A stretch of DNA of 32,000 bases, taken from positions 169,544 to 201,543 of the forward strand of contig JAGVZM010000001.1 of NCBI GenBank assembly GCA_018302545.1, written 5' to 3'. Numbering within the stretch: position 1 is the stretch's first letter; each line of letters opens with the position of its first letter. Under the pieces are notes generated by a model. The model ran no database searches, was not told the origin of the DNA, and saw only the letters and a program-made list of their open reading frames with translations. The position numbers and the translations under genes were made by a program. Shown here piece by piece: positions 1-9,344 of the stretch. The stretch is from Candidatus Woesearchaeota archaeon (GTDB taxonomy: Archaea > Nanobdellota > Nanobdellia > SCGC-AAA011-G17 > GW2011-AR18).

Positions 1-2
1 TA

Positions 3-821
3 GTAGATATCCATAATGTCAAAACAATTTTAACAGTAACTTACGGAGGTTTCTTAACTTTAGCAGAACAAGCAGATAAAGATAATGTATTATTAATAGA
101 TTCCTTAGATGCATCTGAAGAACTAGCTAATTTATCGAACAACGCATTTGCAATAGGTGTTTACGATGAAAGTATAGGTTTCGCAATAGCAGACTTCCTA
201 AACAATCAAGAGATAGAAGAAGTTAATGTAATTTTTAATCTAGAAGACCCTTTTATCTTACTAGCAGAATCTTCCTTCGAACAAAAATTCAATGGAAAGA
301 TAAGAAAGGAAAGTTTTGATTTTAAAACAAAAGATTTCAGAACTGTATTGACTAAATTACAAGATAAAAAACCATTGGTATTATTTGGCTGGGAAGAAAC
401 TGGTTTAATAGTAAAACAAGCTAAAGAATTAGGCTTCAAAAATCAAATAATTGGTATTGACACATTTGCAAGTGAGAATTTCAAAAGAAACAGCAATTTC
501 CAACATGAAGGTTTAATATTCACATTTTGGCAAGGATCAAATAACAATAAAGTATTTACAGAAATGTTAACTAGTTACACAAGGAAATTTGGTAAAATTC
601 CTGAAAACATATTATTCGTAGCAGTAGGTCATGATGCAATGAAAGTCTTGGCAAATAGCTTAAAAAATTGTAAGAGTTTAGAGTGTACAAGAAACAAGTT
701 GAAAAATACTAAGAATTTCAAAGTAGCAACAGGAATAATAAATATAGATCAAGACCAGATAACAAGGAGTATAAAAGAAAATATGCACACCTATAAAAAT
801 GGAGAGATTATTTCTCTCTAA
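3..821 (+). CDS. Type I periplasmic-binding-protein (LivJ-like) ABC substrate-binding protein, 5' end outside the window
   Basis: The frame is open from position 3. The tracked ORF at 348 begins at an internal TTG. My translation upstream reads VDIHNVKTILTVTYGGFLTLAEQADKDNVLLIDSLDAS.... The C-terminal part (PLVLFGWEETGLIVKQAKELGFKNQIIGIDTF) resembles the second lobe of the three complete LivJ-like proteins in this window. Confidence 0.7.
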   Translation, partial: VDIHNVKTILTVTYGGFLTLAEQADKDNVLLIDSLDASEELANLSNNAFAIGVYDESIGFAIADFLNNQEIEEVNVIFNLEDPFILLAESSFEQKFNGKIRKESFDFKTKDFRTVLTKLQDKKPLVLFGWEETGLIVKQAKELGFKNQIIGIDTFASENFKRNSNFQHEGLIFTFWQGSNNNKVFTEMLTSYTRKFGKIPENILFVAVGHDAMKVLANSLKNCKSLECTRNKLKNTKNFKVATGIINIDQDQITRSIKENMHTYKNGEIISL

Positions 822-879
822 TTTATTTTTATTTTTTATATACAGAAAATTTAATAAAAAACATGGACAAATAAAATAT

Positions 880-1470
880 ATGGAAAATATGAACAAATTT
901 AGAAAACCAAATTATCTAATAAATAAAATATTTCTAAATAGATGGTCCCCAAGAGCAATGTCTGATGAAGAAATTACAGATGAAGAATTAATGACTTTAT
1001 TTGAAGCTGCAAGATGGGCACCATCATCATATAATACACAACCTTGGAGATTTATTTATGCTAAGAAAAACACAGAAAACTGGAATATATTTTTTAATTT
1101 ATTAGTAGAATTCAATAAATCATGGGCAAAAAACGCTGCAGTTTTAGTATGTATAATTTCTAAAAAAACACATGATCTTAATAATCAACCTGCACCGACA
1201 CACTCATTTGATGCAGGGTCAGCATGGGAGAACTTAGCATTACAAGCTAGTATAAATAACATTGTAGCACATGGAATGGAAGGTTTTGATTATGAGAAAG
1301 CAAGAAAAGTTCTAAAAGTACCAAATGAATTTCAAGTAGAAGCTATGTTTGCTTTAGGAAAACCAGGAAGTACAGAAAATTTACCAAAAGAATTACAGGA
1401 AAGAGAGAAACCAAGTACCAGAAAAGAATTAAAAGAGATAGTAGTAGAAGGGATTTTTAGTTGGAATTAA
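880..1470 (+). CDS. Nitroreductase family protein
   Basis: RWSPRAMSDEEITDEELMTLFEAARWAPSSYNTQPWRFIY is a typical nitroreductase N-terminal signature. I moved the start to the ATG at 880 (MENMNKF...) because the tracked start at 799 overlaps the upstream gene and encodes low-complexity sequence. Confidence 0.8.
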   Translation: MENMNKFRKPNYLINKIFLNRWSPRAMSDEEITDEELMTLFEAARWAPSSYNTQPWRFIYAKKNTENWNIFFNLLVEFNKSWAKNAAVLVCIISKKTHDLNNQPAPTHSFDAGSAWENLALQASINNIVAHGMEGFDYEKARKVLKVPNEFQVEAMFALGKPGSTENLPKELQEREKPSTRKELKEIVVEGIFSWN

Positions 1471-2372
1471 GCCCTGATCTCAAAATTATTACTTAATTCA
1501 TAAGAAACTAAAGAGTCTCCAACACCCCTTCCCATAGCATAAAAAATTCTTCCACCTAAAATATCTAATAATCCAATATCTTTAAAGTGTCTTTGAACAT
1601 CAACTTTAGTTAAATTCAATTCTGTTTTCATATTTTCAACAGCAACATCTACATCACCAAATTCATCCACTAATCCCAAGCCAACTGCCTCCTGTCCCAA
1701 ATAGAATTCTCCTGTAGCTAATTTAGAAACTTCTTCTACAGTTAAACCCCTGTTATTAGCAACTTCCTTAACAAAATATTCATGAATAAGATTGATCTTA
1801 GACTGCAATAATCTTCTTTCATCTTCATCTAAATCCTTAAAAGGAGTCCCAGTATCTTTATATTTACCACTTACTAACTGCTCATAATCCACACCATACT
1901 TCTCAAATAACCCACTAAACTCTAAGTAACTACCTAAAACACCTATACTCCCTGTAATACTCATAGGACTAGAATAAATTTTATCAGTTGCACTTGCAAT
2001 CCAATAACCTCCAGAAGCACCAACTTCCCTAATAACTGCATAATTAGTTTTATTTAATTTTTTTATAGCATCACCTATCTCTTGACTAGCAACAACAGTA
2101 CCACCAGGACTATTAATCTCAAATACAACTCCTTTAACAGATTCATCTTTATTTAAGTCATTAATTAATTTAACAACTTCTGTACTGCTAATACCAGAAC
2201 TACCTCCAAATAAATCACCATTTCCTGAAGTAGTAATAGCTCCTTCTAAAGGAACAATCATAATTTTATCTCCAAAAGATTTAGAATTATTATTGAATGC
2301 AAAAAAAGCTACAACTAAACTAACTAAATACAATAAAACCAATAATATAACAATGAAAACCCACTTCTTCAT
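1467..2372 (-). CDS. sppA: Signal peptide peptidase SppA (36K type, peptidase S49)
   Basis: N-terminal TM anchor. The catalytic Ser context is VGASGGYWIASA and the Lys context is SGKYKDTG. Length is 301 aa. The 3' end overlaps the convergent nitroreductase gene by 4 nt. Confidence 0.85.
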   Translation of the reverse strand: MKKWVFIVILLVLLYLVSLVVAFFAFNNNSKSFGDKIMIVPLEGAITTSGNGDLFGGSSGISSTEVVKLINDLNKDESVKGVVFEINSPGGTVVASQEIGDAIKKLNKTNYAVIREVGASGGYWIASATDKIYSSPMSITGSIGVLGSYLEFSGLFEKYGVDYEQLVSGKYKDTGTPFKDLDEDERRLLQSKINLIHEYFVKEVANNRGLTVEEVSKLATGEFYLGQEAVGLGLVDEFGDVDVAVENMKTELNLTKVDVQRHFKDIGLLDILGGRIFYAMGRGVGDSLVSYELSNNFEIRA

Positions 2373-2830
2373 TTCAACACCACCTTACTCTCAACAACTA
2401 AGACACCAGCAAAAACCTCAAATAGTCTCTGATGTCCGCTTTTAAAAAACATATAAATTACATCCACTAATAAAACTATCGAAAATGGAACAGTAACATT
2501 GCTCAAAAAGGATTGAAAAAAATTTAATTCTTTTCCATTAGAAGAAATAACCTTTAGTCTAAACAAAGCCTTACCTAAAGTCTGTCCCATCTTCCATTCT
2601 AAGATTGTAAAATAAAACAATAGTCCGAAAGCTATTAAGAAAGTTAAAATAGTTAAAACCATATCATTACTTTTCAAAACTGAACTAAAGCTACCTAAAG
2701 AAATTAGATAATTATAGAAAGGCAAACTAACAACAAGATTAACAATAATTAAATCAATTAAAAAAGCAGAAAATCTTTTAACCAAACTAGCAGGAACCAA
2801 TCCTTTTTTTAGTTTAATATATTCCACCAT
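2369..2830 (-). CDS. RDD family membrane protein
   Basis: RFSAFLIDLIIVNLV resembles the RDD-domain start, followed by 3 predicted TM segments. There is a 4-nt overlap with sppA downstream. Confidence 0.65.
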   Translation of the reverse strand: MVEYIKLKKGLVPASLVKRFSAFLIDLIIVNLVVSLPFYNYLISLGSFSSVLKSNDMVLTILTFLIAFGLLFYFTILEWKMGQTLGKALFRLKVISSNGKELNFFQSFLSNVTVPFSIVLLVDVIYMFFKSGHQRLFEVFAGVLVVESKVVLK

Positions 2831-2861
2831 AAAATGAATTTAAGATTCAAAGTTTAAATAT

Positions 2862-3164
2862 TTATCTAATAAGATCTTTTTTAGTTTCTAAAATCTTAAT
2901 CAATTTAGGATCATTATAAAGATAAACATCAAGAATATCTAAGCAAATAATTTTCTTTTTACGACAAATTTGAGAAAATCTTTTTTCCAATTCTTTTCTT
3001 TGAGATTCTTCCATAACCACAATCAAATCTGCCAATTCTAATTCTTCTTTTTTAACAATATTAGAATATAAACCTGCACATTTAGTTTCAAATTGATCTT
3101 TAAATAATTCAGCAGCAGTTCTACTTCTATTCATCCCAAGATTACAAATAAACAAAACTTTCAT
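2862..3164 (-). CDS. Short low-molecular-weight phosphatase / ArsC-like protein
   Basis: N-terminal P-loop VLFICNLGMNRSRTAAE matches C-X5-R-(S/T). At 100 aa it is shorter than classical LMW-PTPs. Confidence 0.6.
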   Translation of the reverse strand: MKVLFICNLGMNRSRTAAELFKDQFETKCAGLYSNIVKKEELELADLIVVMEESQRKELEKRFSQICRKKKIICLDILDVYLYNDPKLIKILETKKDLIR

Positions 3165-3254
3165 AATATAATCCAGAAATTAAAATTTAAAAATTTACCT
3201 AATGAATTATCTCACTTGCTTATACCCATTCCGCTGCTTTCTGGGAGTATAAAC

Positions 3255-3680
3255 TTAAATTAAACCCATTATTAATAATCTATTTCTAAATTTGGGGTCA
3301 TTCACTTTTGAAAATTCAGAAACAGCATCATCAAATTCTTGCCTAGAAATTTGAGAAGATTGAGTAACAACTTCTAGATCGTATTTCTTTCTTCTTCTAG
3401 AATCATAAAGACAAACAACAGCATCCTCTTCAAAAAACTCCCCAGTATCAAAAGGAAAATAAGTACCTTTACTTTTACTATAAACAGGCTGTCTTCGACC
3501 AGAAACCAAATAAGAATCAGTAAGATTCCCAAAAGTAGAAAAGTGACCATGTAAATCAAAAAGTTGATTATTAGGTGTTGTAGCTCTAGTTAAGATCGTA
3601 GGATTATTTCCCAAATTCGAAAGTAATCTAGTAAAATATAGTTTAACGTATTCCACTCTATGTCTCAGACCATTGACCAT
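3255..3680 (-). CDS. Hypothetical protein
   Basis: 141-aa ORF of normal composition filling an otherwise empty gap. I recognise no motif. Confidence 0.45.
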   Translation of the reverse strand: MVNGLRHRVEYVKLYFTRLLSNLGNNPTILTRATTPNNQLFDLHGHFSTFGNLTDSYLVSGRRQPVYSKSKGTYFPFDTGEFFEEDAVVCLYDSRRRKKYDLEVVTQSSQISRQEFDDAVSEFSKVNDPKFRNRLLIMGLI

Positions 3681-3738
3681 AGCTTAAACAAAAAATAAAA
3701 TCTTATAAATCTTTCCAATAAAAGAATAGTAATAACAT

Positions 3739-5397
3739 ATGGAAAAACACATTAAAGAATTAACAACAAAACTCAAACAAGGAGTGGATATAGAAAAATT
3801 AAAGAAAGAAATAGCTAAAAAATATTCTTTAGGAAAATTTCCTTCAAATATAGAGATACTTTCACAATTAAATAAAAAAGAAAAAGAAACTTACAAAAAT
3901 TTTCTAATAACCAAACCAATGCGTACCCTATCTGGAGTGGCACCATTAGCAATTATGACAAAACCAATTCCTTGTAAACATGGAAAATGTACTTTTTGTC
4001 CAGGTGGACCAAAATCAAGTTTCGGAGATGTTCCACAAAGTTATACTGGAAATGAACCTTCTACTCTAAGAGCAATAAGAGCAAATTATGATCCTTATTT
4101 AATTGTATTTAACAGATTAGAACAATACTTCTTATTAAATCAGATTCCAGAAAAAACAGAAGTTATAATTCAAGGAGGAACTTTTTGTTCATTCCCAAAA
4201 GAATATCAAGATGAAGTTATTATTTACACATTAAAAGCAATGAATGATTTCTCAGATTTATTTTTCAAAAACAACAAATTAAATTTTAAAAAATTTAAAG
4301 AGTTTTTCGAACTGCCAGGCACGATTAAAGACCAAGAAAGAACAAAAAGGATTCAAGAAAAAACTTTAAAATTAAAAAAAAGTTCAACATTAGAAAAAGA
4401 ACAATTAAGAAATGAGACTTCAAAAATAAAATCAACAGCTTTAGTAATAGAAACAAAACCAGATTGGTGTAAAGAAGAACATATTGATCAAATTTTAAGA
4501 TTAGGAACAACAAGAGTAGAAATAGGAGTACAAACACTTAAACCAGAAATACTAAAAATAACTAATAGAGGTCACACTTTAGAAGACACAAAAGAAGCAA
4601 TCCAACTATTAAAAGACTCATTTCTAAAAACCACATTTCACATGATGCCAGGTTTGCCAAAAACCACAAAAGAAGAAGATATAGAAATGATGAAAGAATT
4701 ATTTGAAAATGAAGATTATAAACCAGACTCTTTAAAGATTTATCCCTGTTTAGTAATGTCAGGAACTCCTTTATATATTCAATACCAAAAAGGCCAATTT
4801 ACACCATTAACAACAGAAGAAGCAGCTGAAGTAATTTCAAAATCTCAAAAATATATTCCAGAATATTGTAGAGTAATGCGTGTAAATAGGGACATACCTT
4901 CTACAGTAATTGAAGACGGTGTAATGAAAACTAATTTAAGACAAATTGTAGATAAAAAAGATCAAAAATGCAGATGTATAAGATGTAGAGAACCAATGGG
5001 AAGAGAAGTAAATTATTCTTCAATAAAAATAAAAAAACAATATTATGATTCAAGCAGGGGAAAAGAAGTTTTTATCTCACTTGAAGACACAAAAAATGAT
5101 ATCCTAATTGGTTTTTGTAGATTAAGAAAACCATATAAACCATTTAGAAAAGAAATAACTAAACATTCTGCAGGAATAAGGGAACTACACGTTTATGGGC
5201 AAGCAGTTGCAATAGGGGAAGAAGGTTTAGTTCAACATAGGGGTTATGGAAAACAATTAATGCAAGAAGCAGAAAGAATAGCAAAAGAAGAATGGAAATG
5301 CAATAAACTAATAGTTATTTCTGGAATTGGAGTTAGAGAATATTACAGAAAATTAGGTTATGAAAAAGATGGACCATATGTATCAAAAAAGATATAA
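3739..5397 (+). CDS. elp3: Elp3-type tRNA uridine(34) modification enzyme (radical SAM + GNAT acetyltransferase)
   Basis: Radical-SAM cluster CKHGKCTFCPGG. Core segments VIIQGGTF, ETKPDWC and VEIGVQT. C-terminal GNAT motif HRGYGKQLMQEAERIA. 552 aa, typical of archaeal Elp3. Confidence 0.9.
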   Translation: MEKHIKELTTKLKQGVDIEKLKKEIAKKYSLGKFPSNIEILSQLNKKEKETYKNFLITKPMRTLSGVAPLAIMTKPIPCKHGKCTFCPGGPKSSFGDVPQSYTGNEPSTLRAIRANYDPYLIVFNRLEQYFLLNQIPEKTEVIIQGGTFCSFPKEYQDEVIIYTLKAMNDFSDLFFKNNKLNFKKFKEFFELPGTIKDQERTKRIQEKTLKLKKSSTLEKEQLRNETSKIKSTALVIETKPDWCKEEHIDQILRLGTTRVEIGVQTLKPEILKITNRGHTLEDTKEAIQLLKDSFLKTTFHMMPGLPKTTKEEDIEMMKELFENEDYKPDSLKIYPCLVMSGTPLYIQYQKGQFTPLTTEEAAEVISKSQKYIPEYCRVMRVNRDIPSTVIEDGVMKTNLRQIVDKKDQKCRCIRCREPMGREVNYSSIKIKKQYYDSSRGKEVFISLEDTKNDILIGFCRLRKPYKPFRKEITKHSAGIRELHVYGQAVAIGEEGLVQHRGYGKQLMQEAERIAKEEWKCNKLIVISGIGVREYYRKLGYEKDGPYVSKKI

Positions 5398-5412
5398 AAA
5401 AATTTTCAAAAG

Positions 5413-5625
5413 TCAAACCGAAACTAAACTTCCGATCTTTAAATCTTTTAATAAATCAGGATTATTTTTTTTAACATCAAGAATTTCTATGCCTAAAACA
5501 TTACCATCTTTGTCAACATCCATTAAAACATCTTCAGTCAATTTTATTGTTTTATTTATAGTTTTCTTATAGTTATCTAAATATATATAACCTGCATCTA
5601 CTCCAGCATCATATTCAAATTTCAT
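5413..5625 (-). CDS. DUF2283 family protein (putative antitoxin)
   Basis: MKFEYDAGVDAGYIYL...DKDGNVLGIEILD matches the DUF2283 pattern. It lies 2 nt downstream of a DUF4258-like gene. Confidence 0.65.
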   Translation of the reverse strand: MKFEYDAGVDAGYIYLDNYKKTINKTIKLTEDVLMDVDKDGNVLGIEILDVKKNNPDLLKDLKIGSLVSV

Positions 5626-5627
5626 AG

Positions 5628-5834
5628 TTAAATAACAGTAATTATACTTATATAATTTTCTTTTTTTAAAATAATAATTCTTATTGTCCTATTCTTAATA
5701 TTGCCTAATACTTCTTTTCTATCTCTAATTTTCTTTATGTATCTAGGAAACATCAAAATATACTCAACTTCTAATTCAGTTATTCCTCTTTGTTTCATCC
5801 TCTTTTTAGCATGCTCTGAATAAGCAATAATCAT
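5628..5834 (-). CDS. DUF4258 family protein (putative RNase-type toxin)
   Basis: YSEHAKKRMKQRGITELEVEYIL matches the DUF4258 N-terminal motif. Paired with DUF2283. Confidence 0.6.
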   Translation of the reverse strand: MIIAYSEHAKKRMKQRGITELEVEYILMFPRYIKKIRDRKEVLGNIKNRTIRIIILKKENYISIITVI

Positions 5835-6003
5835 TTAAGAAAAAAATAAAAACAATTTATAACAACTAACTAGAAATTTCCGAAAGATTTTCAAAAACCA
5901 AGACAATTATAATAATATATATTTTAAAATATAATATATTTACAAAAGTTTACAATAGAAATGTTTAAGTATTAAATAAAGGCTATACAATTCAATAATA
6001 TTT

Positions 6004-6010
6004 AGGAGGG
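6004..6010 (+). promoter_or_regulatory. Shine-Dalgarno-like site (AGGAGGG) for the first binding-protein gene
   Basis: AGGAGGG lies 6 nt upstream of the ATG at 6017. Similar GGAGG/GGGGG motifs precede several other genes in this window. Confidence 0.5.
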
Positions 6011-6016
6011 TTTTTT

Positions 6017-7165
6017 ATGGCAAAAAAAATGAATTGGCCTAGAGTTGTCGGAACTTTGGTCGTAATTCTCGCAATTATCGCAATTATAATCGGAGTTACA
6101 AACCAAGAAGGAACGACTACTAATTCTGATGAAATTAAAATTGGTGCAATGTTTCCTTTATCAGGAACATTAGCTAACTTAGGAAGTGCAATGAAAGATG
6201 CATCTCAATTAGCAGTAGATGAAGTTAACCTTAATGGGGGGATTAACGGAAAAAAATTCAGTTTAATTGTAGAAGACGGTAAGTGTTCAGCAGATGATGC
6301 TGTAACCGCAGGAAGAAAATTAATAGATATAGATGGAGTAAAAGCTATAGTTGGTCCAACATGTTCAACAGAAACAGCAGCTTTAGGACCAATAGCAACT
6401 TCTGCACAAGTAGTATTATTAAGCCCAAGTGCGACAAAACCAGGCTTAACATTACAAGCAGGAGATTATGTATTTAGAAATGTTGCTCCTGACAGTTATC
6501 AAGGAGCAGAAGGTGTAAAAATTGCTGAGTCCTTAGGAACTAAAAAAGTAGCAGTATTATATGCTAATGATGAATATGGGGCAGCACTTAAAGACGTATT
6601 TGTAACTGAAGCTCAAGCAAAAGGAATACAAGTACTCCTTACAGAAGCAATGGATAAAGAAGGAAAAGATTTCAGAACACAACTTACAAAGATCAAAAAT
6701 GCAAACCCTGACTTAGTCTATTTAGTGGTATTTCCTAAAGAAGGAGCAATTGTATTAAGACAACAAAAGGAATTAGGAATGACTAATAAATGGATTGCTG
6801 CAGAAGCAATTAAAGACGATGAAGTTATTGGAACCACAGGAGATGCAGGAAACGGAGTTATAGTTACAACACCTAGAGTAACTTATGACAACGAAGTATT
6901 CACTAAATTTGCATTAGATTATAAATCAAAGTATGGAAGAGAACCAGATATTTATGCTGGGGAAACATATGATGCTACCAAAATATTAATGGAAGCAGCT
7001 GCAAATACTGATGGCTCAGGTAGAGCAATAAGAGAATACTTACTAAATAAAGAAAGTTATACTCTAGCGACAGGTAATTATAAATTTAATGAAAATAGAG
7101 AAGTTAAAAAAGATTACCAATATTGGATAATAAGAAATGGAAAGTTTGAACCTTATCAGGTTTAA
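6017..7165 (+). CDS. Branched-chain amino-acid type ABC transporter substrate-binding protein (LivJ/LivK-like), TM-anchored
   Basis: N-terminal hydrophobic anchor, then IKIGAMFPLSGTLANLG, GGINGKK, VGPTCS and DFRTQLTKIK. These are typical of the Peripla_BP_6 family. Confidence 0.85.
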   Translation: MAKKMNWPRVVGTLVVILAIIAIIIGVTNQEGTTTNSDEIKIGAMFPLSGTLANLGSAMKDASQLAVDEVNLNGGINGKKFSLIVEDGKCSADDAVTAGRKLIDIDGVKAIVGPTCSTETAALGPIATSAQVVLLSPSATKPGLTLQAGDYVFRNVAPDSYQGAEGVKIAESLGTKKVAVLYANDEYGAALKDVFVTEAQAKGIQVLLTEAMDKEGKDFRTQLTKIKNANPDLVYLVVFPKEGAIVLRQQKELGMTNKWIAAEAIKDDEVIGTTGDAGNGVIVTTPRVTYDNEVFTKFALDYKSKYGREPDIYAGETYDATKILMEAAANTDGSGRAIREYLLNKESYTLATGNYKFNENREVKKDYQYWIIRNGKFEPYQV

Positions 7166-7167
7166 GC

Positions 7168-7187
7168 TTCTTTCTTTTTTTCTTTTT
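7168..7187 (+). terminator. Oligo-T tract, possible archaeal-type terminator
   Basis: ttctttctttttttcttttt lies immediately after the stop at 7165. A second binding-protein gene follows, so this may cause only partial termination. Confidence 0.3.
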
Positions 7188-7253
7188 ATATAAACTAATT
7201 TAAACAGTTTAATAATTAAGACTAAATATAATCAGAATCATTCTAAAAAATGA

Positions 7254-8393
7254 ATGAAAAGAAAATTAAATTATCCAAGAATAATTGGAACAATAATAAT
7301 TATAATTTTAATAATATCAATAGTTATAGGATTATCATTTAATTCTCAAACAAAAGAAGAAATAGTTATAGGATCAATACAAGCATTAACAGGAGAAACA
7401 GCAAAACACGGAAACAATGTAAAAGATGGAATAGATTTAGCAGTAGAAGAAATAAATAAAAATGGTGGAGTTAATGGTAAGAAAATAAAGATTATACATG
7501 AAGATGAAAATTGTATTCCAACAAAGGCAGTCTCTGCAGCTCAAAAATTAATAAACATAGATAAAACAAAAATTATTTTAGGCCCAACCTGTTCTTCATC
7601 ATCAATGGCAGTAGCACCAGTAGCAGAACAAAATAAAGTAATAATGTTCACTCCAATATCCTCAGTTCCAGCATTAAGACAAGCAGGAGATTATATATTC
7701 AGAAATAGAGTTTCAGGAGAGCCACACTCAATTAAGATGGCTAATTTTGCATATAATGAACTAAATGCGAGAACCGCATCAACCCTATATATAAATCTAG
7801 ATAATGGAATAAGTTACTCAGAAGAATTTATAAAAGAATTTGAAAAATTAGGCGGAAAAATTCTAAACACAGAGGCATATGAAAAAGGTTTACAAGATTT
7901 CAGAACACAATTATTAAAAATAAAGGAAAACAATCCTGATGTAATTTACCTAGCAGGACAAGCATCTCAAAATGCAATAAAACAAGCAAGAGAATTAGGA
8001 ATAAAAACACAAATAATAGCACCAACAACATTACAAGAAGCAGATTTATTTGATATTGCAGGAGATTCAGCAAATGGAATTTACTATTCATACGAATCAT
8101 TTGATCCAAATAGTAAAGAGCAAGTAGTCTCATATTACCAAGAAAAATATAAATCAAAATACGGAAGAGAATCAGAAGTATTTGCAGCTAATGCATACGA
8201 TGCTGTAATGCTAATCTCGAAAGCATTGGAAAAATGTGAAGAAAATACAGATTGTATAAAAAACCACTTATACTCTATAAAAAATTACGAAGGAGTTAGT
8301 GGCATAACAACATTTGATAAAGATGGAGAAGTTTTAAAACCATTAATAATCAAAAAAACTGAAAATAGAAAGTTCGTTTTCCATTCAAATTAA
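7254..8393 (+). CDS. Second LivJ-like ABC substrate-binding protein, TM-anchored
   Basis: Paralogue of 6017-7165. Shared blocks: GGVNGKK, LGPTCSS, AGDYIFRN, DFRTQLLKIK. Confidence 0.85.
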   Translation: MKRKLNYPRIIGTIIIIILIISIVIGLSFNSQTKEEIVIGSIQALTGETAKHGNNVKDGIDLAVEEINKNGGVNGKKIKIIHEDENCIPTKAVSAAQKLINIDKTKIILGPTCSSSSMAVAPVAEQNKVIMFTPISSVPALRQAGDYIFRNRVSGEPHSIKMANFAYNELNARTASTLYINLDNGISYSEEFIKEFEKLGGKILNTEAYEKGLQDFRTQLLKIKENNPDVIYLAGQASQNAIKQARELGIKTQIIAPTTLQEADLFDIAGDSANGIYYSYESFDPNSKEQVVSYYQEKYKSKYGRESEVFAANAYDAVMLISKALEKCEENTDCIKNHLYSIKNYEGVSGITTFDKDGEVLKPLIIKKTENRKFVFHSN

Positions 8394-8462
8394 TATATAT
8401 TATTTATATAAAAAGTTTTAACCATAACCTATATAAATAATCTTAAGTAATCCAAAACAATA

Positions 8463-9344
8463 ATGGCATTCTCACAATTAATAATAAACGGTTTAATAGC
8501 AGGAGCCATATATGCTTTAATTGCATCAAGTTTCTCATTAATTTTTAATATTATAAAATTCATGGATTTATCTCCGGGAGCAATATTTGTAACTGCAGCA
8601 TTCTCAGCATATGCTTTTAATGTTTTATTTGGATTACATTTCTTAATAGCCTTAATTTTAGCAATAACAGTAGCAGTAGCTTTAGCATTATTAGTTAATT
8701 TAATAGTTTATCAGCCTTTAATAAAAAGAAAATCAGATAGTTTCACATTATTACTAGCTTCTTTCGGAGTCTTCCTTATAATAACTGGATTTATATTATT
8801 AATCTTTGGAGCAGAAGTAAGGACATTTGGGTTACCAATAACAAAAGGTTATGAACTTCTAGGATTTATAATAACAAAAACACAGATTACCCTAATTGTA
8901 ACTTCCATAGTAGTCTTCATAGGATTACAATTGTTCATGAAAAAAACAAAATTGGGCAAAGCTATGCGTGCAATGGCAGACAACAAACAAGTTGCATCAG
9001 GTATAGGAATTAATGTTAAAAAAATAACAAATATAACATTTATAATTTCAGCAGCACTAGCAGCAATAGCAGGAATATTAGTTGGTCTAGAACAAAATAT
9101 AGATCATAACATGGGATTCTTAGTAATCCTAAAAGGTCTAACTGCCTCTGTAATTGGAGGAATAGGAAATGTTCCAGCTGCTCTAATCGGAGGTTTAATC
9201 ATAGGTTTAGTAGAAAACATTGGAATTTGGTATTTACCTTCTGGTTATAAAGATGCAATCGCTTTTGTAATCTTAATAATATTCTTAATATTTAGACCTA
9301 AAGGAATATTTGGAGTAAAAACAAGAGAGGAAACCTCAGGATAA
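8463..9344 (+). CDS. livH: Branched-chain amino-acid ABC transporter permease
   Basis: Polytopic membrane protein with the LivH-type segment KLGKAMRAMADNKQVASGIGINV. Confidence 0.9.
   Translation: MAFSQLIINGLIAGAIYALIASSFSLIFNIIKFMDLSPGAIFVTAAFSAYAFNVLFGLHFLIALILAITVAVALALLVNLIVYQPLIKRKSDSFTLLLASFGVFLIITGFILLIFGAEVRTFGLPITKGYELLGFIITKTQITLIVTSIVVFIGLQLFMKKTKLGKAMRAMADNKQVASGIGINVKKITNITFIISAALAAIAGILVGLEQNIDHNMGFLVILKGLTASVIGGIGNVPAALIGGLIIGLVENIGIWYLPSGYKDAIAFVILIIFLIFRPKGIFGVKTREETSG

Noticed and set aside
4325-4537. Leucine/phenylalanine-rich antisense ORFs inside larger genes (for example 206-439, 678-896, 3374-3559, 4325-4537, 5360-5572, 7900-8157, 9393-9716, 10469-10780, 11715-11933, 12506-12700, 12900-13237, 16512-16700, 19195-19524, 19668-19895, 22040-22273, 23046-23529, 25534-26374)
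   Set aside because: They are shadow ORFs, typical of AT-rich, Lys/Glu-rich coding sequence read on the opposite strand or in another frame. They are low-complexity, lack RBS motifs, and each is fully embedded in a well-supported gene.
5835-6016. AT-rich near-palindromes (ataatatatattttaaaatataatatat) upstream of the liv operon, considered as a specific operator
   Set aside because: The sequence is nearly pure A/T, where such symmetry arises by chance. It probably contains the TATA/BRE promoter, but I cannot place it precisely.
6017-7165. Apparent higher GC of the first LivJ paralogue, considered as a sign of recent horizontal transfer
   Set aside because: Hand counts gave 38% versus 13% GC for the first 60 nt of the two paralogues, but about 37% for both in a mid-gene sample. 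The difference is confined to the TM-anchor region and is not a robust compositional signal without a proper calculation.
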